A stretch of 62,794 nt of DNA, the filler included, from Ionaspis alba (Eukaryota), in NCBI GenBank assembly GCA_964255285.1. It is 7 parts of 7 records of this genome, joined end to end, with 100 filler letters (N's around TTAATTAATTAA, not from the genome) between each part and the next. Parts side by side here need not be neighbours in the genome. Positions count along the whole stretch, not along the records: positions 9,034 to 17,958 come from CAXUUL010000694.1; positions 18,059 to 26,950 come from CAXUUL010000695.1; 5 more parts are not named here. One strand, given 5' to 3'. The notes under the pieces were generated by a model. It searched no databases. It worked only from the letters and a program-made list of their open reading frames with translations, and had not been told where the DNA came from. Below, in pieces: positions 12,601 through 23,377 of the stretch. Position numbers and translations under genes: made by a program. Numbering within the stretch: position 1 is the first letter of the stretch; each line of letters begins with the position of its first letter.

Positions 12601-13257
12601 ATCCCTCCCGAGAACACCCATGCCGCGTTCTCACCCTCGCAAAAACAAGCCTTCATCAAGTCCCTCAAAGCAGACGGTGTCACCGTCGCTATGGTCGGTG
12701 ACGGTATCAACGACTCCCCTGCACTCGCAACCGCCGATATAGGCATTGCTTTAGCCAGCGGCACGGACGTCGCGATGGAGGCTGCAGATATCGTGCTTAT
12801 GCGTGGAGAGGATTTGTTGAACGTTCCTGCCGCACTGCACCTCGCGCGCACGATCTTCGGACGTATCAAACTCAACCTTGGATGGGCGTGTCTGTATAAC
12901 GCGGTCGGCTTACCCTTCGCTATGGGTATCGGTCTCGTGATTGGCGAAGGCTGGATGCTGCCGCCTATGGCTGCCGGCGCGGCGATGGCGGCTAGTTCCG
13001 TGAGTGTGGTGGGAAGTAGTTTGCTGCTTAAGTTTTGGAAGAGGCCAGGGTGGATGAGGGTCGAGAGGTTGGAAGCTGAGGGGGAGAAAGAGCGGTTGGG
13101 TGGGTTGAGGACGGCGGAGATGGGTGAGAGGAGGAGTTGGCTGAGTAGGGCTTTTGCGGGAGTGAGGAGACTGGTAAGGAGTCAGAAGAAGGAGGCGGCT
13201 TATGTGCCGCTTGTGGAAGTGGTTGGTGGGAGGGGCCAGGCGTTTGTGGATGTTTGA
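9697..13257 (+). CDS. CCC2: Copper-transporting P1B-type ATPase (Ccc2/ATP7 type)
   Basis: Single 1186-aa ORF with three GMTCGAC HMA domains, TGE, CPC, DKTGT, SEHP, GDGIND and YN/MxxSS Cu(I) ligand motifs. Confidence 0.95.
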   Translation: MSPNMTTVAHMATTTLRVEGMTCGACTSAVESGFKGVAGVGNVSVSLVMERAVVQHDPETIPPEKIAEIIEDRGFDAEVISTDTPVPIQRISMDEVVFESEENGVSEPRLSTTTLAVEGMTCGACTSAVEGGFKDVPGIKSISISLLSERAVVEHDPATITPEAIAEIIEDRGFDAKVLETKISTIASAQLNRRRKSEQSKPSFTTTTVSIEGMTCGACTSAVEGGFKDVAGIVQFNISLLAERAVIVHDADKLSPAQLVEIIEDRGFDAKVLSSQVDSDNYSSEVAMVQLKLFGLQDSTAATTLETTIRQLPGVLSCTISFGTSRASICHNPSLIGLRALVEAVEGLGYNALIAESEDNSAQLESLAKTREIQDWWRSFRISASFAIPVFFISMIIPMYIKPLDCGSISLLPGLYLGDVVCLILTLPVQFGIGKRFYISAYKSLKHGSPTMDVLVVLGTSAAFFYSVAAMIVSVISPIHTRPSTVFDTSTMLITFITLGRYLENRAKGQTSKALSRLMSLAPSMATIYADPIAAEKAAEGWEIESKVEKKGAPMDNAAGNAAEEKIIPTELLQLGDIVILRPGDKIPADGTVTRGQSYIDESMVTGEAMPIMKQKGSLLMAGTVNGAGRLDFRVTRAGRDTQLSQIVKLVQEAQTSRAPIQRVADMVAGYFVPIIIALGLLTFTAWMVLSHVLPNPPKVFLQPESGGRLMVCLKLCISVIVFACPCALGLSTPTAVMVGTGVGAEQGILVKGGSALETATRVSHVVFDKTGTLTIGKMSVAQIELEPLWDSNEWRRRLWWTLVGLAEMGSEHPIGKAILNAAKEELNISSDGMIDGSVGDFQAVVGQGISAYVEPASSASRERYHVLVGNAAYLCAQGIALPSSLATSPTPSTAHPITTSSKSSAPAGTTQIYTAINNTYTGVLSLSDTLKPTAHATILALHRMHITTSLVTGDQLPTALAIASAVGIPPENTHAAFSPSQKQAFIKSLKADGVTVAMVGDGINDSPALATADIGIALASGTDVAMEAADIVLMRGEDLLNVPAALHLARTIFGRIKLNLGWACLYNAVGLPFAMGIGLVIGEGWMLPPMAAGAAMAASSVSVVGSSLLLKFWKRPGWMRVERLEAEGEKERLGGLRTAEMGERRSWLSRAFAGVRRLVRSQKKEAAYVPLVEVVGGRGQAFVDV

Positions 13258-13622
13258 AGGGGTGGTTAAAAGGTATTATGAGTGGGATGATTGTAATGAT
13301 GGAGATGAGATGGCATGGGAAAGGAAGGTTAGCATGGTGTTTGAAGGATCAGCTGGTGGAAAGCATGATTTGCATTTTGGACGCTGCTGGCTGTGCAGAA
13401 ATTTGGGATATTTATACAGAGATAATATTCGATATCAATTATTGTCCAGTCAACCATGGTTCGATGCTTCCGGTGACCAACTTCATAATGCGGTCCCCAT
13501 GTATGCAAAACGCCGGACGCCTCGCTGCAAAAAGCCCCACCCACCCAAGTGCCTGACAATCCAGGTCTGAAGATATATACAGGGTGATCTCCTCACCATA
13601 ACCACGATTACTCCCTTCAGCA

Positions 13623-15420
13623 TCACTGCACCTCCAACAGCGTCCCGCCCATTACTTTCGACTTGGCCCCCCTCGTGCTCAATATTCCAAACCTCAAGAA
13701 AACCTCGGAGCACGTGACGAATATCGATAACAGAATCAAGACAATAATTATCCATGTGAGTCTCGACATCTTGGTATCAGCGATGCTGTCCGAGAGAATC
13801 TCAGCCAGATCCAAAAAGACACGACACCGCTCATTCAGCACCTGAATCCTAGGCTTGATCTCAAGGTATTCGCGCACGGCTTCGTAGAGCGGATGTAGCG
13901 TGGGCTCCGAGTCCCAGAAAAAGGAGGGTGTATCGAGAACATTTGATGCTTGTCGGTGTTAGCATCAATACTCGGACCAATTTAGTCGGAGAGGTTGTGC
14001 CACGACATACAGAGATTCACATCCACTCGGCTTTTGAAAAGCGCCCCCAAGATCTTCACCACCTCATCCCGACTCATCCCCAACTTCCCCGTCAGCGCAA
14101 GCCTCCGCGGGACATGTTGCGCCTCCGCCATCTGGTTCGCCATCTGCTGCTCGAAATAGCTGAGTTTCGTGCTCTGCGCAATGGCATGCGACATCGTCAA
14201 TTTGATCATATGATCCCCACTTCGCAGAGTAATCATATCGTTGAAGACTCGCGGCCTTGGGATCTCGGACGAGTATTCGAAGTGAAACTCCTCTGTTTCA
14301 AAGTCTTCTTCATTTTGGGGCAGAACGACCAGGCTAGTGGTTGGGGAGGAGCTGGAGTAAAAGGTCAGATCGGCGAGGACATCCTTTTCTTGGTTGGGGG
14401 TGAAGTTCCAGAAGACGGCTACGCCGTAGGAGAAGATGTACATTTCGGCAAACGTGAAGGCGTCCGGGGCTATCCTCGGAGGGCTTCCGGAGCGTACGGA
14501 ACGATCGCTTCCACGGCGGTAATCGCGATTTTGGGAATTGTTCTTAGGAGGTTCCTCGTTACGTGGGCTCTCCTGGTCTTCCCCGCCACGAATGCTGAAG
14601 CGCTCGCCGCCGTCTTCTTCAAAGAATCCCTCGCCGTAGTCGCGACGCTCGCTACGCTCGATTTCTTCGTCGAGCACGGCTTTCCCACCAGGGCTTTTGA
14701 GGACGGGGCTACTGCGGAGACGGAAGCCTTCGGTTCCAGGGAGGAGGGGAAGGTGGTAGACTGCGTAGAGACAGTCGTCGTAGAGTTTAGTCCGAGCGCC
14801 ATGCTTGTTCTTGAGGAATGTGGCTGTGGCTTTCAATTTGTATGCTTGCGCCGTGCAGTAGGCTGTCACTCTAGCCAGCTTTTCCGCTCTCCGTGCTTTG
14901 GGCAGTCTCTCTGCGTAGCTCTTCCCTTTGCTCGTTCCTGTCTTTCGCATTGACTCTTCGTCATCCCTCTCTGGTGCAGCATCATTGTCCTCCGCATAAT
15001 CCGCCTTCTCCTCAATCTCAGAATCTGTTTGCGCTGTCTCCGGCAGCAGGACTAGCTTTTCGCTGACTTTCGTACTTCGAGCTGGGACGTGCGGAGGTAT
15101 CGATCGTCCAGCCAGTTTTGGTGCTGCAGGCCGACCTGATTTGGTTCTAAGGACATGCGGTCGATTGTTCGGATTTCGCTGTTGCATGGAGGGAATATCG
15201 GAGGCATATTGAAGGACACTATCGACAGTGATGAAGCGGGAGGGCTGGCGCTGAAGGAGATTGGAAGGTCGTTCCTGTTGCAAGCGGCCGCGTTGCTCAC
15301 GCGCATCTGTCACCTGCCTCACGTTCAACTGCTGGTTCTCCGGTGGAAGAAGGTAAAGGAAGAAGTACATACCAGAGAGATTGGACCCCGCTTGTTGCCT
15401 GGAGCAGAGAGTGAAGACAT
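13623..15420 (-). CDS. RMD8: RMD1/RMD8 family (DUF155) sporulation/nuclear division protein
   Basis: Introns 15372-15314 and 14010-13949. Motifs RVTAYCTA, SHAIAQSTKL and SEPTLHPLYEAVREYLEIKPRIQVLNERC plus a C-terminal TM segment resemble yeast Rmd8. Confidence 0.82.
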
Positions 15421-16171
15421 GGTGGGGCTGCAGACCGCCGCTTGCGGTCACGTCAATAACGCATGGAGGTCCATCAAGTCTGGGGCAAACCGAGCAAAAA
15501 ACGGGGGAATTGAGATGTGGAAGTTATCGTCTCCCGCCAAAGGCAATTCGACGTCACTTCCGAAGTCAAAAGTTGACTGCCGAAGCTCGGTCCAATCATT
15601 GCCCGGAGGCCGACCAAGTTATTGAGATCTTACTCTCCCGCAACCCTCCCCTCCTGTATAGATGTGATCCGTGACCAGAAGCGGAAAATGGCTACTGTGG
15701 ATATCTTCGTGGCAGCTTCACTTAATACTGTCAGCGACCTATTGCCGTTTCAAGTGCATCTCTGCGTTGATATTCTAACGGAAATCAAGTTCCGATACTA
15801 AACAAAACCTCGCAGCACTGATGGGGAAGAACTTCTACCAAAGGATTAGAAAACATATGATTTACGAACACGCCGTTACACTGATCTCATCAGCGCTCAG
15901 AAGATCTCTACAGTAGGCTTTGCCCACGTCTTTGTTCCAGTCTCGAATAATTGCCAGATATCGCTACACTGTCGATGACAAAAGATATCCTCCACGATCT
16001 ACAGACCGTTAAGAAACGCCTTTGTATTGTATACAACGCCATCGATCTTCAGCGCACATGGTTTTGAAGTTACTTCTCCAATAAAGATCCTTGCCGTCGG
16101 TCTTCTAAGCAAGTGGCATATCCTGACCTGGAGGTCGCCCCACTGGGTGAGAAATGGTGATGGTAGTAAGG

Positions 16172-17286
16172 TCAAATGTTCTGAAGAATTCCAGGCTGAA
16201 TCTGTTCAAACTTCTGCGAGAGCTCTTTCCACACCTTTTTCTGCACTCGAGCTCCCTCTTCGCTCGTGACAAAGGGCGAAACCCTAAATTCGCCATCCTG
16301 TTAATTCTTTTGATGAGCTTTAGGTATTGCAAGGATGATACTGACTTTGCAACACGAGAATCGTCCATATACTGCCCATGCGACTCTTCGCAGGCCTCTG
16401 CGGCTGCAATCAGAGTGCGAGCCCCCACTTCCGTTTTGCGCGCCACAAGCTTTCTACTGCACTTGAAGATGAAGAGCTTAAGGCCCGTCCATTCCCGCAT
16501 TACTTCTGTCACGACCCAGCCAGGGTTCAAGCAGTTGATGATGACGCGACCTTCTTTGGATGAGGCAGTCGAAAGCTCCGCCAGCTCTCGAGTGACCAGA
16601 ATGTCGAGCATTTTGGATACATTGTATCTAGTAAGAATCAGCTCGCCGTCATCGTGCCACATGAAAGGTCTAGATCAAAGTTACCTGTCCTGCATATTAG
16701 CCTTCTTTTCATCCCCCAGCAAATCAAAGATATTCTCCGCCTTTCTCTCCTCAAAAGTGGTAAGATGATGCACAAAGGAGGCAACAATGTTCAATCTCGG
16801 TACAACATTGAATTTGATGGAGGTCTGCCTCAGCTTCGGGAGCATTAGCATCGCCAGAAGAAATGTGCTGACAACATTGGTCGTAATGGTCGACTCGTTA
16901 TCCTCCATCATTTTCCACTTGTACGTCACGATTCCCGCGTTTTCCATCAGTACATCCACCCTTTCCAACTCCTGTGCTCGATTTGCGAACTGCTTGACAG
17001 ATTCGTAGCTCGACAGGTCCAGCTGCCATACTTCTACTACGCCCTTCCGCTTCTCGGACGCTTCAATAGATTCCTTCGCTGCTTCACCCTTCTCCAGATT
17101 GCGTACGGCTAGTATGACCGTGTCGGCGTCGAGGCGGACGAAATGACGCGCTGCTTCAAGACCCAATCCGCAATTGGAGCCCGTCACGATAATAGTCTGG
17201 CCGCTGAACTTAGTCTTAGGATATGGTGGGGTGAAGAGGAAATGAGAATGAAGCCAGTTGAAAGAATACCCCAACGACCAAGCCAT
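16172..17286 (-). CDS. Short-chain dehydrogenase/reductase (retinol dehydrogenase/WWOX-like)
   Basis: TGSNCGLG Rossmann motif, ENAG, catalytic YNVSK and NPGWV. Introns at about 16684-16630 and 16345-16284. Confidence 0.9.
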
Positions 17287-17958
17287 CTTTGATACTATAG
17301 TAGTCGGACAAGGTTAGGTACCAGCTTGATCAGGCTCTCCGACAAAAGTTGATCAGACGTAGCATTCTTGCAATTCAAAGAGGGAGGGCAGGCTATATAG
17401 CCTTCACCATGGCTATTTATTCGAGCCATCTTTCACTAGTCTTCCTGATTGACGAGACTGTGGGAAGGCCACCAGCGTAGTCGATACGATGTTTACAGCA
17501 TGAAGACGATCATTTCTCGCCTCGAATAAGATTAAGCGAGTCGGAGTCGGCTAAGAAAACTGTCCGAATGTCCCGAATTGACCAATGAGCAATAAGCAAC
17601 ATTTACCCATCGTGGATGTTCTTCATCAAGGCGTGCGAGTGAACCTCATGATTCATGGTTCATATGGCTGCCTGGACGCGCGTCTCCTGTAAGGCCCCCA
17701 GTCTAGGGATGCTCATGTAGTTGCTGGCTGGCTGACTGACAACGCATGTTTGAGATTGAACTCTCGATGGAGCCGTGACTGAGGAAAGCTTTGGAGGCTA
17801 CTATCAAAAGCAACTATGTTCAACAATAGTTCGATACATTTGTAGAGGTATCAAGAAGCATTGGAAGACGAATTCTACTTGAATTGCTGCCATCATGTTC
17901 AAATACTCCGGTAGATAATAGTTGCCGTTGAAAGATCCCCTTGGGATGAACACTTTCA

Positions 17959-18058
17959 NNNNNNNNNNNNNNNNNNNNNNNNNNNNNNNNNNNNNNNNNN
18001 NNTTAATTAATTAANNNNNNNNNNNNNNNNNNNNNNNNNNNNNNNNNNNNNNNNNNNN
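17959..18058. other. Artificial contig linker
   Basis: N44-TTAATTAATTAA-N44. Confidence 0.97.
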
Positions 18059-18258
18059 TTTATGTTTAAAATTTACGGTAAGTTCCCCGTTCTGTCCTAG
18101 TGCTGAGTGTGACTGTATACTGTCCCTAGGCAAATCGTGCGTGGAGGTTGAGGACTTTATTTGGCAGAATTCACGCCGCTGTAACGTTACATGGCAGCCT
18201 CCATTGTGCGGCTATATATGTTTGAGCTTCAGTGCATCCTTCTCTCCGCATCTTCAAG

Positions 18259-20027
18259 ATGACGGTCCAGAAAATGCATCAAGAAGGGGACGTAGACCAT
18301 CTGTCCAGAGCCCATGCAGAGGCTCTAGATCGGGATGACCCTTTGAAGCATCTTCGAAAGGAATTCATCATTCCCACCAAAGCAGACCTGAAGAGCAAAA
18401 CACTGGCCAAATCGTGTAGGTGAAAGCACCCTTATTCTTCATCATAACATGTCTAACAAGTTCGCCTCAGCACAAAATGGCAATGAGGACAACGACTTGT
18501 CCATCTACCTCTGCGGAAATTCCCTAGGCCTCCAGCCTCGCCGAACACCAGATATAGTCAACTCTCATCTTGCGGCGTGGGCGAAAAAGGGAGTGCTGGG
18601 CCATTTTACTCCCCACGACGATTTCCATCTACCGGCGTTTCTTCATACCGATGATCGTGTCGCCGAGCAAATGGCGCCTCTCGTCGGTGCTTCCCATGGG
18701 GAGATCGCCGTCATGGAGACGTTGACGGCCAATTTACATCTCATGATGTCGACCTTCTACCAACCAACGAAAGAGAAGTATAAGATTATACTGGAGGCAA
18801 AGGCCTTCCCCAGTGATCATGTACGTTTTTCTTGACATTCCGCCTCCTTTCCAACCTTGATTTCTTGATTGGCTCAGTCATGCTTTCATGTCCTCATCGT
18901 ACCAATTTTCAAACCCCACACAATCTACTCTGCCAATTTGATCTTCTGTCTATAACTTAGTGTCTAATTCTTTACAATTCAGTATGCAATCGAGTCTCAG
19001 ATCATTCATCACGGCCTCGACCCGAAAGATGCCATGGTTGTCATCGAGCCCTCAGATCCATCGTCCTCGACTTTTAGCACTTCTCATATTCTCTCTGTCA
19101 TAGATAAGCATGCTTCGTCTACATGTCTCCTACTTCTTTCCGGCATTCAATATTATACAGGTCAGCTTTTTGATATAAAGACTATAACGCAGCATGCCCA
19201 CGCGAAAGGCATGTTCGTTGGCTGGGATCTTGCTCACGCGGCCGGGAACGTGGACGTCCAACTTCATGACTGGGAAGTCGACTTCGCCGTTTGGTGCACT
19301 TATAAGTATATCAATGCTGGACCAGGAGCAATCGCTGCTATGTTCGTGCATGAGAAACATGGGAATGTAGATCGACAAGCCACAAAGGATGGCGGAGAAG
19401 ACGTTAAATATAGACCACGACTAAGCGGATGGTGGGGTGGTGACAAGGCTATAAGATTCGCCATGGGAAGTCGTAAGAGTCACTTCATCGTTATGGTTTT
19501 ATAAAACTTTGCTAAGATAGTTGCCAGAATTTATACCCATACCTGGCGCAGCAGGATACCAGCTTGGTAACCCGTCCGCGCTTAGCCTGACCACTGTTTC
19601 CGCTTCCCTAGAGATCTTTGCGGAAACGTCAATGAAAGCAATCCGGAGCAAATCTGTGGCACTTACCGGATACCTAGAGCAGCTTCTCCTTTCCTCCAAA
19701 GACGGTTCGGTGAACCCATACTGGATTATCACACCATCAAATCGGGATGAGCGAGGAGCGCAGTTGAGCGTCCGTCTTGAGCCAGGTCTTCTAATGGGCG
19801 TCATGGCTGAATTAGAGACTGCGGGTGTTGTTGTGGATCAGAGAAAGCCGGATGTCATTAGAGTTGCGCCGGCACCGTTATACAACAACTATACTGAAGT
19901 CTGGGATTTCGTTAAGATCTTCAAAGCTGCCTGTGAGAAGGTGAAGTCTGGGAAAGCACCGAATGGGAATGCAAGCGTGTCAGTAGAGGTTGGAAAGGAT
20001 GCTAAGGGCTGGAGTCAGATAGAATGA
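18259..20027 (+). CDS. BNA5: Kynureninase (PLP-dependent, de novo NAD pathway)
   Basis: Motifs [47 protein letters not shown] and RVAPAPLYN. Three introns at about 18416-18470, 18821-18982 and 19473-19527. Confidence 0.95.
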
Positions 20028-20363
20028 TTGGGCTCAAGATGTGGGTAGAGAGATGATGATGATATGATTGCACGAGTGGTAGATGTTCCTCGGCACATAG
20101 ACTTTCTGGGCACGATCCTTTATATGAGAGTCGCAAATTCAAGGCTGGCATGAGGTTTGATTCTAGTGGTCTCCATCACAGTCAATCGCGTTAGATGGGG
20201 CTCGATCCTGTGCCAATAAGTCACTCATAAATCTTTGCAAGCGACTCATTGATTTTTTGCGAGACTAAGTTGCACTATGAAGACCAGGCTAGAGCCGTTC
20301 TCCGCGTTTGTCTCCTCCACAACCAACAGGCCAGCGTGCCAATTTCCATGCCTCAGTGAGTAC

Positions 20364-21087
20364 TCACAGACGACGACCACGGCGACCACCCTTGCGACGT
20401 GTCGAGTCCGAAGGTGTTGGCGTGACGTCTTCAATTCTTCCAATCTTCATTCCAGAACGGGCGAGAGCGCGGAGAGCGGACTGTGCGCCTGGACCAGGAG
20501 TCTTTGTGCCGTTGCCTGTGGGTGATAATCTCAGTATCACATTTCTTTTTGACACGTGGGGTTGAATTCGCAGAAAGAATGGATCGTTCTACCTCCAGTA
20601 GCCCTAATCTTAATGTGTAGCGCATTGATCCCCACCTCCTTGCACCTGATGGCCACGTCCTGAGCCGCCAACATGGCTGCATAAGGTGAGGACTCGTCGC
20701 GGTCGGCCTTGACTTTCATACCGCCAGTCACGCGGGTGATGGTTTCGCGGCCACTGGAATCACCCAGATTGTAAGCCTTTGCACCAATGAACCGCAGAGT
20801 TTTTTGTTTTCTCGCATCTCCACTAGAGTGGTGGGTGGCCCTCAGAGGGAGACAAGTTGGGGGCAGACGAACCTGAGATCGGTGACATGGACGAAGGTAT
20901 CGTTGAAGGAAGCGAAGATGCGGGCGACGCCGAAGACGAGTTCACCTGGGTGGGAAAGGATGGTTAGCCTTTTATGGGGTTTGGACTGTTGGAAGATTGT
21001 TCATGAGATAGGCACACCTTCGCGGACCTGAGGGCCTAGAGAGATGTTCTCGGTCGCGGCGCGTTCGACTTTCTTCTTTGGTGGCAT
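20364..21087 (-). CDS. RPS14: 40S ribosomal protein S14 (uS11)
   Basis: Spliced product [88 protein letters not shown]. Introns 21017-20946, 20872-20754 and 20592-20516. Confidence 0.98.
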
Positions 21088-21276
21088 AATTGCGGTATTG
21101 TCGTGTTTGTCGTGGAATCAGNNNNNNNNNNNNNNNNNNNNNNNNNNNNNNNNNNNNNNNNNNNNNNNNNNNNNNNNNNNNNNNNNNNNNNNNNNNNNNN
21201 NNNNNNNNNNNNNNNNNNNNNGACTTTCTTCTTTGGTGGCATAATTGCGGTATTGTCGTGTTTGTCGTGGAATCAG
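21067..21276. repeat. 55-bp exact direct duplication flanking a 100-N gap (assembly overlap artefact)
   Basis: 21067-21121 is identical to 21222-21276, separated only by N 21122-21221. Confidence 0.9.
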
Positions 21277-21344
21277 TGATGAATGAGGCAGTGGTCGCGG
21301 GTACAAATTTGAGGTCCTGAATTGCAAGATGCTTAGCGAGGTGT

Positions 21345-21351
21345 GCCCTAA
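21345..21351. promoter_or_regulatory. GCCCTAA motif upstream of RPS14 (candidate ribosomal-protein promoter element)
   Basis: Present just upstream of RPS14. I recall this motif as enriched in filamentous-ascomycete ribosomal protein promoters, but a 7-mer can occur by chance. Confidence 0.3.
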
Positions 21352-21696
21352 ATTAACTCGATCTTACAGGGTTGGTACGCCAAGCGGAAGGAAGCGGCAT
21401 CTCGGGGCTCGAACGGGTATGCGGAACTCGTATGATTTTAAAGTCGATAGCGATAATTCATGATCCACCGTTTACTGCCTGACTGTGCACTGCCTTCTCA
21501 TGATTGTTGTCGGTATTGTACAAGCATTTATAGCAAGTTCTCACCTCACCTTATTGATCAACAAGTAAGGGTCCAGAATTACCCGAGCTTCGGAGATTGT
21601 ATTCCAAGCTATATAAACATCTTCTCAACTACCTTTTCTGGTAGTAGAAACACGTTGAAGCATTGACTTCCTTCCTACTAAGCATTCTCTCCCACA

Positions 21697-22993
21697 ATGG
21701 CAGCCTCTTCCCCAAGATTTGATGTTCCCAAGTCCACCGCTACCGTCAAGGTATCAATCATTGATACCACCACTCGTCTTTCCCATGCACCTACGCAGAT
21801 GTTCCTTCAGCCGCCAATTCCTGGCTTCGATGATCTCGTGGCCCCTGCTTTTGCCTTCTTCATCGAGCATCCATCCGGCGACAAGTACATATTTGATTTA
21901 GGTGTCAGAAAGGACTGGTTGAACTTCTCTCCAGCTATAGGGAAGAAGCTCAAAGAAATTGGCTTTCACATTGTCGTGGAGAAGGATGTACGCGACATCT
22001 TGAACGACAACAACATAGATGCCAGTGATATTAATGGCATCATCTGGAGGTACTGTCACTCTTCAATCTCTGTTTTGGTTGCGGGATGTTGTATGATTGC
22101 TAACCATTTCTCTGATGGTCATCAGTCATCATCATTTTGATCACACGGGCGATCCTTCCAGATTCCCTGCCACTACCGATTTGATTGTTGGACCAGGTAC
22201 AAAGGAAGCCTATATGCCAGGCTATCCAGCGAATCCGGATGCTATGATCTTGGAAGCAGACTACTCGTGCGTCCCTCAATCCAGTTCCCATGTGGACTGA
22301 TCTTTTTGAAGACAATTAGTTCGTTGGCTGACCAGGTGATTGCGTGATTTCAGTGGGCGTAACGTTAAGCAGATCAGCTTCGACAAGAAAAGCCCAATGA
22401 TTGGCAAATTCCATGCACTTGACTTTTTCAATGACGGGTCTTTTTATCTGCTTGACGCGCCTGGCCATACAGTTGGGCATCTCTGTGCGCTGGCTCGCAC
22501 AACAATTGGGCAGGATCATGAGGGCGACACTTTCATCATGATGGGAGGAGATGCTTGTCATCATGGTGGAGAATTCCGTCCTTCAACTTATCTTCCTCTG
22601 CCCGATAGCATCAGTCCTCATCCGTTTGTAAAGAGCGTTCGAAACAGCCAGAAGTGTTTGGGTGCGATATTTGAGAAGATACATCCAGAACATGGTGCTG
22701 CAAAGGTAGAAGCACGCGATGACTGGAGAACAAAACCATTCTATAAACCAGGGCCAGTTACTCATAACATGGAGGACGCGTTGGAGACAATCCACAAGAT
22801 ACAGGTGGCTGATGCCGGAGATCGGGTATTCTTTGTAATGGCACATGACGAAGCTTTAGTGGATCTGGTAGAATTTTTCCCGGCGACGGCCAATGATTGG
22901 TACAGGAAAGGCTGGGGGCGAGATGGGAAGTGGAGATTTCTGAGTGACTTCCAGAAAGCTGTTGAATCTGGATATGAAGCTGGACAGGAATAG
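21697..22993 (+). CDS. Metallo-beta-lactamase-fold hydrolase (lactonase/lactamase-like)
   Basis: FDLGVRKD; spliced IWSHHHFDHTGD (HxHxDH); DFFNDGSFYLLDAPGHTVGH; GGDACHH; AHD. Two introns at about 22050-22125 and 22268-22353. Confidence 0.9.
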
Positions 22994-23377
22994 TGCATAT
23001 TGGATGGAACAGATTCAGATTAGCTATACTAGCGACTCACTCCCGCAGTATAAATTGTTCTCCGACATTCTGTGTGTTTGAGAGGTTTCCCATCAGACAT
23101 GCTTGAGACCTCTCTTCGTTGATCCTGCGTAGGTTGGACAACCGTGGAAACAAAGAAGGGAAGAGCGCGTTGCTGGCGGAAGGTTGCGATACCCTTGCTG
23201 CCAAGACAACGGGGATACTACGATCCCGATCACCTATTTACAAACAACTTTATCTCACTGTAAAATGCCGATGGTTTCATGGTACTTGTTCTACGACTTT
23301 CTGGAAAGTCCTCTGGACTATGTTCAAAACTAACCAACCTGGCTTCCTCATCGTGTGATGTGTGATCTATAGCAGCA

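Noticed and set aside
13928..14953. 341-aa plus-strand ORF
   Set aside because: Antisense to RMD8 with no recognisable motifs.
20754..20872. Intronic snoRNA in RPS14 or in the longer CON7, BNA5 and Med15-like introns
   Set aside because: I saw no convincing C/D box pair with terminal stem, H/ACA layout or nested-intron signals.
16172..22993. SDR + kynureninase + MBL hydrolase as an aromatic or secondary-metabolite cluster
   Set aside because: The SDR is on a different contig, RPS14 separates the other two, and there is no backbone enzyme, transporter or cluster regulator.
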